This document shows, piece by piece, positions 33,242-48,125 of a stretch of 64,000 nucleotides of DNA (position 1 is the stretch's first letter; each line of letters begins with the position of its first letter). The position numbers and the translations under genes are program-made. The notes below the pieces were generated by a model that worked only from the letters and a program-made list of their open reading frames with translations, was not told the DNA's origin and searched no databases. This stretch comes from Octopus vulgaris (Eukaryota): assembly GCA_951406725.2 (NCBI GenBank), contig OX597822.1, positions 71,982,001 to 72,046,000 on the forward strand. Reading direction: 5' to 3'.

Positions 33242-35589
33242 AGGTGGTGTTCATTTACAACCATTGTGTTTGTCCATTCTGTAAAGCGGTTGGTGTTTCG
33301 AAAGAGCATCCATGCGTAAAAACTACACCCAAACAGTCTTCTGGCTTGCCAGCTCTCGTCAGACCATCCAACCCTGCCAGTAAGGAAAGTGGACCTTAAA
33401 TGATGATGATGATGCCATTATGTCAAGACAACAGTGCACACCCACACACATACACACACATGACCCCCCCCCTGCCTTATACACTACTTTTTTCTTTCAC
33501 AGTTTCTGTCTACCAACTCCACTCACAAGGTTTTGGTTGGCTCATAGTAAAATATACTTGCTTAGGGTGTTGTACAGTGGGACTGAACCCTAAACCATAT
33601 GGTTGGGAAGCAAGCTTCATAACCACACAACCATGTTGACATATAAAGTGGTTATTGTTTCTCTCCTAGAACTGTAATAGCAAACCTATGACACACATGA
33701 GCAGTGGGTTGTTATGGGTTTTTAGACATGATAGGCTTTAAAATAATCTCCCTGTAAAATGTTACAAAAAGCTTATCTATGAGTTTTTTTTTTACTTTAA
33801 ATTAAAATATATATAAAACCCTCCGTCAAATGTAAATAATGTAAATAACACCCTAATAAGATTGAAGATGATAAAAATTGATTGTGGTGGGCTAAAAAGG
33901 TTTGCTTGCCCCGTCCTTGCATGTGCAAGGGATTCTAGTGAACTTAGTAATCTTATAATTGACCCATCAAAAATAATTTATAAAATTTTTTTAGGCATGG
34001 CTGTGTGGCAAGAAGTTTGTTTCTCAATTACATGGTTCCAGGTTCAGTCTCACTGTGTGGTACATTGGGCAAGTGTCGTTTTTCTAAAGCACTGGGCCAA
34101 CCAGAGCCTTATGAGTGGTTTTAGTTTGCAGAAACCCCCTCGAGACACAATAGATAAAGAGTCACTAAAGAGGTCACAGGATGTGTGACAAAAGAGCGTT
34201 GACAATGAAACTAGAATAATAATAATAATAAATCTGAAGTGAATATCAAATGTATAGTGTATGTGTTTAACTGGCAAAATATGACCATCTTCTGTTTCAA
34301 CACATGATTTCATTTCAAGAATCTTGCAAAACAAAGGCATAAATATCAAATTCTTATTTTCTATTCCATATAAAAGTGACATTTTTATTACGGAGTTGCT
34401 CAGTTTGAATTAACTCATCATATTGTTAGATCTACTTACCTGCCTGCTCTCTGCGTAGGTAAAATGGCCAAAGAAGCCTTGATGGAAATATAGATTTTAA
34501 AATAGTCAAACTTGAAGCAGATACTCTAAAAACATTTGGGTTGTTTCTCAGTCATTCAATCAAGAAATTATAAAGTTGAAACCATATCATTAGAGTATGT
34601 CACAATTGTTTTTCATCATCATCATCATAACGTTCATTTTCAATGTTGGTATGGGTTAGAGTGTATGTCAGGGTCTAGTGAGCATCAGGGATGTACTGAG
34701 CTCCAGCGTCAGCTTTGGTATTGTTTCTATTATTAGATGCCCTTCCTAACGCTAACCACCTTACTGTGAGTACTGGGTGCTTTTTACATACCACTGGCAT
34801 GAGTGAGGTTACCAAGCAACTTGCAAGGCAGAAAAAGATCATTGGGAAAAAGCAAAAAAAAAACATCACTAAGTGGAGGGCTGGATTAACCATTAAGCGA
34901 AATAAGCACATATTTAAGGCATCAAGGGAAGGAGGGGGCACCACAGAAAAGGTAATGGTTTATGGCACAAAAGAAATCACGTTAGCCCTTTCATTGTTGT
35001 ATTTATTTTGAGATGCTCTGTGTTTCTTTCAGTTACTTTAAATATAACAAAGAATTTAGTAAAATAACTTAGTTATCATTAAGCTAATGTTAGGAACATA
35101 AATTGTGACCAAAGATTTTAATTAAAACCGTATGAAAACAAGACATTTGTACAACAGAGCAGGTTTCAGCCGTATTGGTAACGAAAGGGTTAAACTTGCT
35201 AAAATAGTATTAGAAGTTTATATGATTGGAAATATAAGTTCGAAGTCTTCATGGTGTCATAGTGAGGATCTGATCAAAAACTTTGCAATTAAAAAAAAAA
35301 AGTAGAGGAAAACTTTTCAAATATAAAGTGGGTGTATACAAAAATAGACATTTTCCATCTTACCATTAGTTTTGTTTTGTTTTTTGAAAAATTAAAATTG
35401 ATTTATGAATTATTATTGTTTATATTTTGAATTATATATATATATATGGGGGCACCAAACTATCTTAAGTCCTGTGGGTCTTAATCTGGCCTTGACTAAG
35501 TAGGGTTAGTACAGTAGAACGTTGGTTTTCCAAAAACTCTAATCACGAATAAATTGTACTTACCTCCTGTCTTTCTCATATTCATTTTA

Positions 35590-35739
35590 TACAGTAGTAC
35601 CTCGGTTTATGAATGCCTCTGATCATGAATAAATCGTGCTTTATATATATATATCTATCTCCATCCATCCATCCATATATATATAAAAAGCACGATTTAT
35701 TCGTGATCAGAGTTGTTCAAAAACCTGGGTACTACAGTA
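35590..35739. mobile_element. Tigger/pogo-type palindromic MITE
   Basis: TA-CAGTAGTACCTCGGTTTATGAA..tctgatcatgaataaatcgtgcttt versus aaagcacgatttattcgtgatcaga..gggtactacagta, around a microsatellite centre. Confidence 0.75.
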
Positions 35740-36669
35740 TTTGAAAGTAGGGGTGGCTTTATGCTGTGGATTGAAAGCTTGAAATATGTTAGTGGGTGAA
35801 ACAGAGGTCTGTTGCTAAAAGAGGAGATACATGGCTACCTCACATATAAAGGTGGGTGAGAGAAACTGGTAAAAAGACGAAGATAAGAGTTGATAGTGAT
35901 GGGGTGTCCGAGCAAACTCTTAAGGAACAAGGAGGTGAGCTTAAGAGAGGCTATGGACACATTCGTTTTTATGTATATTTCATTCTTTTGACATGTTCCA
36001 TCATGCTGCTTGGTCCTTTTGTTCATTCTAAGTATCAGTCCTTTCATGTGGGGGACTTAATTTTTATTCTGATGTGGTCAGTCAATCACAAGTTCTGGCC
36101 TGTCGATTACTCACTCGTCAACATCGGAACTAAATATACTTAACCGATGTCTAAACAAATCTAAAAGGTTGAAGAGAAAAGAAGGGAACAAGAATCTGAT
36201 ATGACTTTTCCCACTGATAGTTTATTTTTGTTTTTGTCTCTAGTTCTTAAACACTAGCCCACCCCTCTTTCACTGCTGCTGCTGATCATTACAAAAAGTA
36301 GGTGAGGAAAAGTGCCTATGGTTTCCATAATCCTTCTTGGAATAGTTGGATTGATGTATTTGATATACAACTTGAAGATTTGTTCGTTTTACAAGAAAAG
36401 CTTTGGGGGCAGGAAATTATATGATGTACAGCAAAGACTGGGAAGAGTATTTATTTGAGGCCTTGGAGGTGACACAGAAAAGGTGCCTGGGTGGAGGTAA
36501 TATTGGTTAGCTACTTTAAAAAAGCAGAGGCTGTTGTAGTAGGGATAGAATAGGCAAAGCGAGGAAACTGCATGTGTGGTGGTTAAAACCTTTTGATTGA
36601 ATCCTTTCCAGATATTAAAATGTATTTCATTTGGATGCAGCCTTGAGCATCTGTATGTTGTAGCACAGT

Positions 36670-36704
<35 letters not shown>

Positions 36705-36706
<2 letters not shown>

Positions 36707-37183
36707 TTGTTGTTGTTTATTGTCCACTTTCCATGCTCTTATGGATTGGACAGTTTGACTGAGAACTGGGAAGCTGTACCAGGCTCCAATCTGATTTGGC
36801 AAGATTTCTACAGCTGGATGCCCTTCCTAATGCCAATCACTGTGTAGTGGGTACATTTCCATGCCACTGGCATGGGAGCCAGTCTGGCAACACTAGCATC
36901 GGCCGCAGCTATGATTTCACTCGGTTCAACAGGTCTTCACAAGCACTGCATATTCCCCAATGATTGAAGGGTGCATCAACCATGACTATGATCTCACTTG
37001 GCTTGCTGGGTCTTCTCAAGCACAGCATATCTCCAAAGGTCTTGGTCACTTGTCATTGCCTTTGTGAGGCATGTTTGAAGATCATACTTCACCACCAGAT
37101 CCCATGTCTTCCTGGGTCTACCTCTTCCACAGGTTCCCTCCACTGTTAAGGTGTCACCCTTCTTCACACAGCTGTCCTCATCC
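36705..37183 (-). mobile_element. 5'-truncated RTE LINE 3' end
   Basis: MDEDSCVKK..VEGTCGRGRPRKTW..DLWRYAVLEKT plus RTE tail. Confidence 0.85.
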
Positions 37184-38695
37184 ATATATATATATATATA
37201 TATATATAGGAGCAGCAGTTACATGACATTTCATTTAGAACATTGTTTTAGTGCTAGGAATTTGATGATTGTTAACCTTGAATATCAAATTTATTTTCCA
37301 GCTACTTTGGTCATGATTGCCTACAATAGATAAATTACCATATTTGATGACAAAAGATCCACAAGTATATTAGATGCACCCTATTTTAGTAGTGTATATT
37401 CAGAAAAAAAAAACGGTTTTAGTGTATTAATGCTTATGGGAGGCCCTATCTCTGCAAATAGGATCTGGGGTAATAATTTGAGGCTTGTTTTTGGGAAAAG
37501 TGCATCCTATATGCTATCAAGTATGGTGTATAAAACTCTGATGTTTACAACAGAAATAGAGATATAGTGCAGTGTTCATAATTTTTTAGTTATTTACATC
37601 ATTTTTAGTGTTTTTGCCTACCCCTTTTACTATTCTGCACCCAACACTTGTATTTTTCTTTGGGTTAAGATGTCTCTCTAGAACATTGAAACCTCTGAAA
37701 ATCCGTAACATCTTTTCCTGGCCTTAAGTGTTGTAACCTTTTTTTTTGTTTAAGCAAATCAAAATAATTTTAGCCATTGCAATGCATATTTTTTTCTAGT
37801 TATGTCTTTAATGCTCCCTGCATGAACTATTCTCACTGACTTTCCTGAATACCATAATCCCTGTGTTTCGTAAGAGTCAACTAAAAGGATCAACAACAGG
37901 GAAGGCATCTGGCCATAAAACTACCTCAAAAAAGTAACCCTGATGAATATAAGAAGACTGTTATGCGGTCCCAAAAGGCTAATAGTTGCTTTAGGAAAGA
38001 AGAGGGCTTTAAAATGGGGGTGGGGTTTGTTGAATATTAAATCTTGTTTAAAAAGCAATCAATTTAGATTCAGTTGAATATCCTGAGACAGTTTATTTAA
38101 TTAGTGAAATATTGAACTATTGATTACTGAAAATAGCTTTCACTGCTGTTTGTATCTGATGTATTACTTTGTTTAGAAGTGAAAGTAAAATACTCTGAAA
38201 TGGAACAAATATATATTTCTTAGCAAGGATACTCTTTCTAGAATCATCGTAGTTGGATGTGAAAGAGATTTTAGTAAGCAATTCTACTTCCACAAGTTGC
38301 TGCATTGTTGAATTTAACATGTCCATACTTTCAAATGCGTTGATTTAGAACTCATGTCTTTTTGTAAATTGCTTCTTTTAAATTCTGTAATTATCCATGT
38401 TCTCTGAATTAAGCCCATTCACGTGTGTGCTTGCTTGCAAACACAAAGACACACACTCACACATACTATACATTTGAATTTTAATCAGTTTTGTGTTAAG
38501 CTCTTTTTTTTGTGCTCTGTTTATGTTTAAAATCCAAATAATTTCTATAGATGTATTATGTTTCCGTTTTATATGTACCGAATCGCTTTGTTAATTTGGT
38601 TATATCTAGCATGACCGGTTGAATAAAATTATTTCCAGGCTACTATTTGCTACTCTGTTGAAAGAAAAAGTTTTTGTTTCTCTAAGCCAATAATA

Positions 38696-39070
38696 GACGC
38701 AGGAGTGACTGTGTGGTAAGTAGCTTGCTTAGCAACCACATGGTTCTGGGTTCAGTCCCACTGCGTGGCACCTTGGGCAAGTGTCTTCTACTATAGCCTC
38801 AGGCCGACCAAAGCCTTGTGAGTGGATTTGGTAGACGGAAACTGAAAGAAGCCTATTGTATATATGTATGTGTATATATATATGTATGTGTGTGTATATG
38901 TTTGTGTGTCTGTGTTTGTCCCCCCCAACATCGCTTGACAACCGGTTTGGCAAAAGAGACCCACAGAATAAGTACTAGGCTTACAAAGAATAAATCCTGG
39001 AGTCGATTTGCTTGACTAAAGGCGGTACTCCAGCATGGTCGCAATCAAATGACTGAAACAAGTAAAAGAG
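38696..39070 (+). mobile_element. Family A SINE with TSD taagccaat, abutting a decayed hAT-like element (about 39077-39445)
   Basis: taagccaat at 38683-38691 and 39071-39079; caatgtttctcaactggg..gaaccctagggttc follows. Confidence 0.8.
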
Positions 39071-39721
39071 TAAGCCAATGTTTCTCAACTGGGATTCCCT
39101 GGAACCCTAGGGTTCTGCAAAAGGTTCCTAGGGGTTCCGTGAGAATGAGTGAGACAAGCTAATACTAATTTCATGATCGTGATATTACTATACATGCATA
39201 ACATATTATTGGTTATTCTAATATAGACATCATCCTATCTAACCTATTATGTTATCAACTGCCTACCCCGAGTAATTACTGATGGCACATTCCTGTTTAT
39301 ATATATATATATATGATATTTACCATATGAACTATGATGAAAAAATATGAGAGCGATATGGTATATAATTTTTTTGTGTAAGGATTCATTGAGACCTGTA
39401 ATTTATTTTAGGTGTTACAGAAGAGTAAAAAGGTTCATGAACACTAAGCTGACTGAAGTAAGATTCTGCCTAGTTTGCAACATATGGTTATTCTAGAAAC
39501 TGCCCAAGAGCTTATGATATGAAACTGTTTTAACCCCTTTTGTTTCCATATTTCTCTTGAAAGAAATATAACTCTGTTTGTTTTAATTAATTTTGAAAAT
39601 AATGAAGAATTTAGTAACATAATTGTCATTTACCCAACCCTTTGGCATTCATATTACCCTGCCAAATGCAATGCTTTAAGTTTATCATTATCTTGTAGTT
39701 TCAAGATTTTAATGATGTAGT

Positions 39722-40088
39722 AGGTGCAAGAGTGGTTGTGTGATAAGTAACTTGCTTACCAACCATATGGTCCCAGGTTCAGTCCCACTGCGTGACACCT
39801 TGGGCAAGTGTCTTCTACTATAGCCTCAGGCTGACCAAAGCCTTGTGAGTGGATTTGGTAGATGGAAACTGAAAGAAGTCCGTCGTATATGTATATGTTT
39901 GTGTTTGTCTTCCCAACATCGCTTGGCAACCAATGCTGGTGTGTTTACGTCCCCGTAACTTAGCAGTTTGGCAAAAGAGACTGATAGAATGAGTACTAGG
40001 CTTACAAAGAATAAGCTGTGGGGTTGATTTGTTCGACTAAAGGCGGTATACAGCATGGCCACAGTCAAATGACTGAAACAATTAAGAG
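39722..40088 (+). mobile_element. Family A SINE inserted in a TTAA MITE (about 39630-40200)
   Basis: MITE sequence resumes after the SINE tail (attgtttatttttagaatgtcattgtagg). Confidence 0.8.
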
Positions 40089-43000
40089 TAATTGTTTATT
40101 TTTAGAATGTCATTGTAGGATAGGTGTGAGAAGCCAGGTCCATCTGGTCTGAAAATTGGAATATTACGGCCAGATATAGCTGGTTCAGATGCTAAACGGT
40201 TTGGGATATTAATTTAATATGCAATTTTCATGGAAGGTTTAACTTAGGTCACTAGACAATCTTAGGCTGGTTGTTATCAGGAACTTAAATATTTATATCC
40301 AGATTTATACTTATCGTAATTTTATGTAAGAAACTTTTTTTAAGCGCTGATTCCAACACCAACTTTAAAACAGAGAAGTTACTAATTTGGCTAATTGCTC
40401 TTTAAATTCTTATTTGAAAAATATGAATTTTTTTTGAGAAAGTTGGTCGCAGAGGGATTAATCACTTCTTATTTTAGGTCACTATCTGAGCTCATTCATG
40501 GCGTCATTCTAGTTTCATAATTTGTTGAGTATCCTCAGAGATCCATAGTCTAGAAAACTAGGTACAGAGAGAACTGAAAGAGTGTTGGTCCTGTACATTA
40601 GATATATGGTGTTCAGTTCAATCTAGAAAAATGATGTACACATCGACATATTGTGTTTGGTTGTATGTTGTCTTGTGTCCTGTGAAGAAATTTGGTTTTG
40701 ACTATATGGTGACAGAGTGGCACTTAGAGTAGTTTTAATGTAATTCTTTGTTCAGATTGATTTGGTATTTTCAAAAGTTTTAAATGTTCATTGCTCCCTA
40801 GACTTGATTCCTCACATCATCACCATCATCATTTAATGAGCACTTTTTTTTATGCTCGCATGGGTCAAATGGAATTTGTTGGTAGATATTCTACAGTTGA
40901 ATTCCCTTCTTGTTGTCAACCCATTCCTGTTTCTTAGCAAAATAATATTTCCCTGTGACCAGACATGTTTTTCACATGTATAATGGTGATGCTCATTTGC
41001 AATCATATGATGTCTAGACACACACACACATGTGTGTGCTTGCGACAGGCTTCTTCCAGTTTCTGGATAGCAAATCCACTCACAAGGTTTTGGTCAACCT
41101 GTGGCTATAGTAGAAATCTGCGCAAGGTGCTGTGCAGTGAGATTGAACCCGAGACAGCATGATTGGGAAGTAAACTTATTAACCACACAACCACATCTGC
41201 ACATATTTATTATAAATTCATTATAAAGGAATGAGAACCTAGAATACAATTTTTGACCTTGAAAATAAATTGCTATTTTCACTATATTTGGTGTATGTAC
41301 AATGGGTGAGACTCTGAATGTGGAATGTTCTAATATACTTGTGTTACTAATGCATACAAGTGTTTGATAGTTGATTTGGAATATGGTGAGATAGTTTTTG
41401 ATGTTGAGTGTTTTAGTTTCCTTTTTTAACATTTGATGCTTGTATAATTTAAAAAATAAAGAACACTATTTTGGATTGCTCATTTGTTGGAACTGTGCCA
41501 GGGATGTTGAGATCTTCTGCATGATTGACATATTCTATATAAGATCTGAATGTTAAACTGGTACTATATTTGTGTTAGAGAAATGTTGGTACCAGTGAAT
41601 ATGTTAAGACTTAGCGGCTTTAATATTCCTCAGTGTGATGTGTGTAAATGTCAATAGTATGAACGCTGTGATTGGTAGAAATTTAGTCTTGTATCTGGTT
41701 GTAACACTACTAGTGTGTCTTGTGACTTAATGTTATCTTTTATTGCCAGTGAATAATGAATTGTTGTTTTTGCACGGGCGTGGCTGAATGGTTGCAAAAA
41801 TTTACTTTTGCAATCACATGGTTTTGAGATTGGTCCCATTGCATGGTGCCTTGAGCAAGTGCCTTCTCCTATATTCTTAGGCCAGCCAAAGCATTGTGAG
41901 TAGAATTGGCAGACAAAAGTAAAGAAGCCCGTCATCATCATCATCATCATCATTTAACTTCTGCTTTCCATACTGGCATGGGTTGGCTGGTTCAACTTGA
42001 GCTAGCAAACTGGAGCTGCACCAGGCACCACTTGTCTGTTTTGGCATGGTTTCTATGGCTGGATGCCCTTCCTAATGCCAACCACTTTACACATTGTACT
42101 GGGTGCTTTTTATATGGCACCAGCATTATATATAATATATATGACAGATTCCTCACTTACTTGATATCAAATGTTTTAATATTTTTCTTGTTCTGCTCTC
42201 CCTCTCTCAATATGTGTGTGTGTGCATGTGTAATGTCTTGCTATCTCTCTGTTTCTTGCTCTTTCTGACCCTCTTTGTCTATACCTTCTATCAGTCATTA
42301 GACTGAGGCCATGCTGGGGCACTGCCTTGAAGAATTTTAGTCAAATGAATCAACTCTGGTACTTATTTTTTTTTTAAAGCCAGTTACTTATTCTGTTGGT
42401 CTGTTTTGCCAAATTACAGGGGACATAAACACACCAACACAAGTTTTCAAGTGGTAGTTGGGGACTCAGGCAAAAAGACAGGTATGAGCTAGCGCACACA
42501 CACAAACACACAACAGGCTTTCAGTTTCCATCTACCAAATCCATTCACAAGGTTTTGGTCAGCTTGAGTCTATAGTAGAAGACATTTGCCTAAGGTGCTG
42601 TGCAGTGGGACTGAACCCAGAACCATGTGGTCGGGAGGCAAACTTCTTACGACACAGCCACTCCTGTGCCTGTGTGTATGCTTCTGTATCTGCATGTGTG
42701 TCTGCATGATTGTGTTTGCCTCTAGTGCTGAAACATACTGTTGCCAAAACAGGTCAACTGTCCAGTCAGTCATGCCAAATCATCTACGTCCAAACAGCCG
42801 CACCCAATCACCTTATTCTGATTTTAGGCGATTTCTTTGTTTAAATTCTTGATACTGTTGCTTTGAAAATAGGCAGCAGCAATAATTAAGATGAGTGATA
42901 TTTCTGTGTTGAATAGAAAATTCTCTTTAAAATATCTTAAAATTTGCAAACCTTACCAAAAATATAAATCTAAAACAATAACCCCCCCCCCCCCCCCAAA

Positions 43001-43387
43001 AAGCCCCCCAAAAAACAAAAAAAAAAAAACCAGCTTCAGGTTTGGTATGTGTTCAGAATGTAAAGAATTCAAAACTATAATTGCATATTAATCTAGGAAT
43101 GAAATCTTGCATCTTGTGGATTGTTTGTATGTTCATCATTTTACAACTTGTGCATAGCTAGTTAATGTTAACTTCACTAATACAGTATGAACTAATTCTT
43201 GCATTGATTGAAAAAACATGATAAACAAATTTTTATTAATTGGTTGTTAGAAATTTCAGTCTTGTACACATCTGATGCGAGTTGATCTTCTAAAACCATG
43301 GTTTGAAATGGGAGCAATCACATTGTGAAAAAGCCATTTTAGTAATTTAAAAACCAACAAAAAGCTGTATTTTTTTTTTTTTTTTAT

Positions 43388-43935
43388 CTCTTACTTGTTT
43401 CAGTTTTTCGACTATCAGCCATGCTGGGGTACCACCTTGAGAGTTTGTTGTTGTTTGTTCCTTCTTGAGTCATGTCTGGCTCATAAGGGCTGGTTTCCCG
43501 GTTTCATTGGCATATGGGTTCCCCACCTGGACATGACGCTGGTCTGTCGCAGGTAAACTGCTAGATGCAGGAGGAAAGAGAGACAAAGTTGTGGCAAAAG
43601 AGTCAACTGAAGTTCGCCATTACCTTCTGCTAGAGCTGCTCTAACCACTAGGCCATGTGCCCCCACCTTGAGAGTTTAGTTGAACAAATTGAACTATTTA
43701 TTTTTTAAACCCTGGTATTTACTCTATTAGTGTCTTTTGTTGAACTGCTAAGTTATGGGGGCATAAGCAAACTAAGACTGATTGTCAAGTGGTGGGTGTA
43801 GATAAACCCACAACAAATTTGCATACAGTTTCCATCTACCAATTTCACTCACAAGGCATAGGTCAGCCCATTGTTATTATAGAAGACATTTGCCTGAGTG
43901 CAGTGCAGTGGGACTGAACTCGGAATCACATGGCC
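43388..43935 (-). mobile_element. Old family A SINE with a nested younger SINE (43447-43662) flanked by a perfect 15-bp TSD
   Basis: ccaccttgagagttt at 43432-43446 and 43663-43677. Confidence 0.8.
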
Positions 43936-45225
43936 GCATTTTTATTGCATTTACTACAACTTTGTCACTGCCGCAGGATCACAGTGATAATGGAAATTTT
44001 GAGATCTGAAATAAGAGAAGTTAATATAACTGTTTTTGTGTGTTTTTAGATGGTTAAAATGGTTTTTCCAAAATGTAATTGTTGGTTAATAAAAAAAGCA
44101 AAAAAACAATTGCTTTGGTACAATTCATGGTCAAGATTAATAAAATATAGTATTTCAGTGACTTCATTCTGCAGTCGTGATAATTCAAGAATTCCAACCA
44201 ACTCAGCAGGGTGTTGGTGAATATTTCTAAGATTTGGTTTCATGAGTTTGCAATGACCTTGAGGCAGCAGGATAGAATTTAGTGTCTCTGTATGAATAGA
44301 ATTTAAATATAGAACATATATAGAATTTAAATATAATATTTCTGTTGTGTGGTGTATACATGCACATGAATTCATATACACATATAATAGCGATTCTATA
44401 CATAAAGGCATAGGCGTGTATGAAGTTACAAAGTTAGCTTTATGTTCACTTTGGGGTTTAGACCTACTCTGCATAGCATTTTGAGCAAACAGTTTCCATA
44501 TCCTTGGGCCAGCAAATGCCTTGAGAGTGGAATCAGTAGATAGAAATTGCAACGAAGTCCGTGTGTGTTAATTTCACATATTGTTATCAGCAGGGTTGTG
44601 GAGTTGAAACAAAAAACTTCGACTCCAATTCCTCTATGTAATTAAGTGAGTGTGGTCTATTTTACTGACTCTGACTCCACGACTCCAACAACACAGCCCT
44701 ATTCATCAGCGTCATTTCAGTGAAAAAAACTAATGGGATGAAAGAAATACCTTATTTGAAAAACAAAGTTTGGTAATATGAAGAGTGTTTAACCGTTGGA
44801 AGTATGTCACAATAGGTTTAATGTAACCCATGCCATCATGGGAAAATAGACATAAACAGTGATATCTTTTTATCTGTTTTTAGTCATTAGAATGTGACCA
44901 AGCTGGAGCACAGCCATGAAAAACTTTTTGCCAAATTAATCTATTATTATTATCATCATTATTATTATTAAAATCCTCTTCATAATGTTTTGAGTTTGTC
45001 AACTTCATTTTTGTTTTTCATCCTCTGAAGATCAGTAGAATAAATACCAGTAATACATTGTGCTTTATTCAATTCATCCATGCCAAACTCATCATTACCT
45101 TAAATCTGTTGTTGACACTGTCTCATTTAATCACCATTGTCATTTAGCATCCACTTTTTCATGCTTACATGGGTCTGACAGGATTATGTAAAGGCAGATT
45201 TCCTCCGTGATGTCAGGACAAGGGC

Positions 45226-45465
45226 ATACACATACACACACACAAACCGCACACATACACACACACACAAACCGCACACATACACAAACCACACATGCAA
45301 GCCACAAACCACACACGCAAACCACACACACACAAACCGCATGTACACACAAACCACACATGCACACACAAACCACACATGCACACACAAACCACACACG
45401 TGCACCCAAACTACACACGCACACCCAAACTACACACGCACACCCAAACTACACACGCACACACA
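45226..45465. repeat. CA-rich compound minisatellite (cacacaaaccacacatg, then cacccaaactacacacg units)
   Basis: Directly visible higher-order units of about 18-20 bp. Confidence 0.85.
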
Positions 45466-45756
45466 TGTGAAGTTCCTGTGGCTTAGTGGTTAGGGTGTTG
45501 TATTCACAATTGTAAGATCATGACTTCAATTCCCAGATCGACAGTGCATTGTATCCTGGTGAAAAACAATTTATTTCTCTTATCTGAAGATGGGTAGACC
45601 TGTCACAGATTGACCCATGATTCAGGGGGAATGTTGGCCTGCTTGCCTGCCTAATCAGTGGTGGGGGCATCATCTGAAAGTTACAACAATGTGTTCCCTC
45701 GTGTTGTGACCAGTGGTGTATACAACATTTGATAGGCTGATTGATACTGTGATATA

Positions 45757-45977
45757 TATGAGGTGGTGCTGAGAAGTTCCTGGCTCTGGGTAAAAGAAAA
45801 TACAGGAGGATCAGTTAATTATGATTTTATTCAATATACTCCCCTCTCAGATTCACACATTATTGCAGTGGTCCTTCATATTTTCTAAGCCCTGTAAAGG
45901 AATTTGGAAGGTTGGACCTTCCAGCCTGGCCTTCCGTGATACCCTTAAAGCCCAAAACTGTTCAGCACCCCCTTGTA
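45757..45977. mobile_element. Mariner-derived MITE
   Basis: ta-tgaggtggtgctgagaagttcctggct ... agcccaaaactgttcagcacccccttg-ta. Confidence 0.65.
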
Positions 45978-46438
45978 TATACACATATACATACTTGACG
46001 GGCTTGTTTCCATCTCCCAAATCCACTTGCAAGGCTTTGTTCTTCATGGGGCTTATGGTAGAAAACGCTTAGCCAAGGTACCACACAGTGAAATTGACCC
46101 CAAGACCACAAGGTTGGGAAGCAAGCTTCTCAACTCCGCAACCATACTTTGTTGCACTAAAATCTGTAGAATATTTTCTGATTTATTTTCTATTTTATTG
46201 TATATGTTTGTCTTAGAATGCTTAGTGAAATATGTTGAGGAAAAACATTAATTTCTGTTAACCCTTTTGTATTTAAATCCACCTTGTTGGGCCCAAATGT
46301 TCTGTCTGTTTTATGTTTAAACTGACCAGGTCCAGCCTCTCACATCAATCTTACAAATGTCATTCTAAAAATAATAATCACGCCATCAACATCTTGGTAC
46401 TACAAGATAATAATACATGATTAATTCAAAACAGTATA

Positions 46439-46790
46439 AACAAGAACACTTAAGAGAGCGCAAATCTCTGCCAAGGCAACACTAACGCCCTCTCAATTAG
46501 CTGGAGATGATTTTTAAATTTGAATATCTGAAATAAACTCGACTGCTCTCACAAACGAGAATACTAAAAATGAACCTGACCGCTCTCAAAAATAAAAAAA
46601 AAAAAACCTGGAAAAATAATCCAGAATCCTCGTCTGGTCCTGGTCTGATCCCAAAATCCATTCAGTGCATACCAGTCACAAGGCCAAATTTTCATTTGAA
46701 TACCTCCAGCGGGTCTTGAGATATCTTGTCCATGGGCAAACAAACATGACTGAAAGCAATACTTCCACCTTCGCTAAGGCGGACGTTATA
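46439..46790. mobile_element. Non-autonomous Helentron-like (HINE/DINE-1-type) element inside a TTAA MITE
   Basis: Starts aacaagaacacttaagagagcgcaaatctctgccaagg and ends gagatatcttgtcc..caaacaaac..aatacttccaccttcgctaaggcggacgtta, giving a subterminal IR plus a terminal hairpin. Confidence 0.5.
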
Positions 46791-47114
46791 AAGAAGTACT
46801 ACATCTGCCTGATTAGTCTGACTGCTAATAAGTTAAAAGCTAATATGTTTTCTTATAAAACTAATATTGTGCTTTTGGATTAGGTACTGTTTTGACTTGT
46901 GGAAATGACTATTTGTATTTGTGATATTTGTTGGTTTAATTGTTAAAATTGACCGTAAGTACAGAGAGATATTTTAATGTGCAGTTGTTGGTGCTTGACA
47001 AAACTAGTTTTTGTCACTCTTTTATTCACTCTAGCTTTCAGAATGACTTCAGAACTGCATGACTGGAAAATTCTGCATTACAATCATTTGTAATTGTTTG
47101 TATATCTTCAAATA

Positions 47115-48093
47115 GGCATAAGTGTGGCTGTGTGGTAAGAAGTTTGCTTACCAACCACATGGTTCAGGATTCAGCCCCACTGTGTTGTACCTTGGATAAG
47201 GGATTTCTGCTATAGCTTCAGTCTGACCAAAGCTTTGTGAGTGGATTTGGTAGATGGAAACTGCAAGAAGCTTGCTATATATATGTGTGTGTGTGTATCT
47301 TTGACAACTGGTGTTGGTGTGTTTATGTCCCCATAACTTAGTGCTTAATCAAAAGAGACCAATAGAATAAGAACCTGGCTTAAAAACAAAAAATGCAGGG
47401 GTCAGTTTGTTCAACTGAAATTTATTTAAGGCAGGTGCCCCAGCATGGCTGCAGTCCAATGACTGAAACAAGTAAAAGAGTAAAAGATATTTTGAAACAG
47501 GGAAGAGCAAAATGGTGTGACTATCAATACATCCCTTTTATGAGACTCTGCAGTAGCAGGGACCTTAAAAGCATGACATAACAATAACATCAGAGAAAGG
47601 TTTTGCTTAGAATGTAGGTAGTGAGAGAACAATTGATTGCAGCTGCATAGTCACTGCAAGCAGTGAGTGCATTAATTGCAGTGGAGTATCTTAGTATCTC
47701 AGTGGTTCCCAACCATTTTTTTTTTTTTACCTGTGAACCTTTTTGATTCCTATTTTACTTGGATGGACCATTGTAGCCATTCGATGTTTAAAAAATCCTA
47801 TTTTTAGAACTGGATATTATAACAAATTGTATCAAAAAAAATTCTTAAAATATTCTATGTATTAATCTTTTACTTGTTTTAATCATTTTGACTGCGGCCA
47901 TGCTGGAACACTGCCTTTAGTCAAACAAAGTGACCCCAGCACTTTTTTTTGTAAGCCTAGTACTTATTCTATCGGTCTCTTATTGCTGAACTGCTAAGTT
48001 ATGGGGATGTAAACATACCAATATTGGTTGTTTAGCGATGGTGTGGGGACAAACACAGTCACACAAATACATACATATATATATAAATGTGTA

Positions 48094-48125
<32 letters not shown>
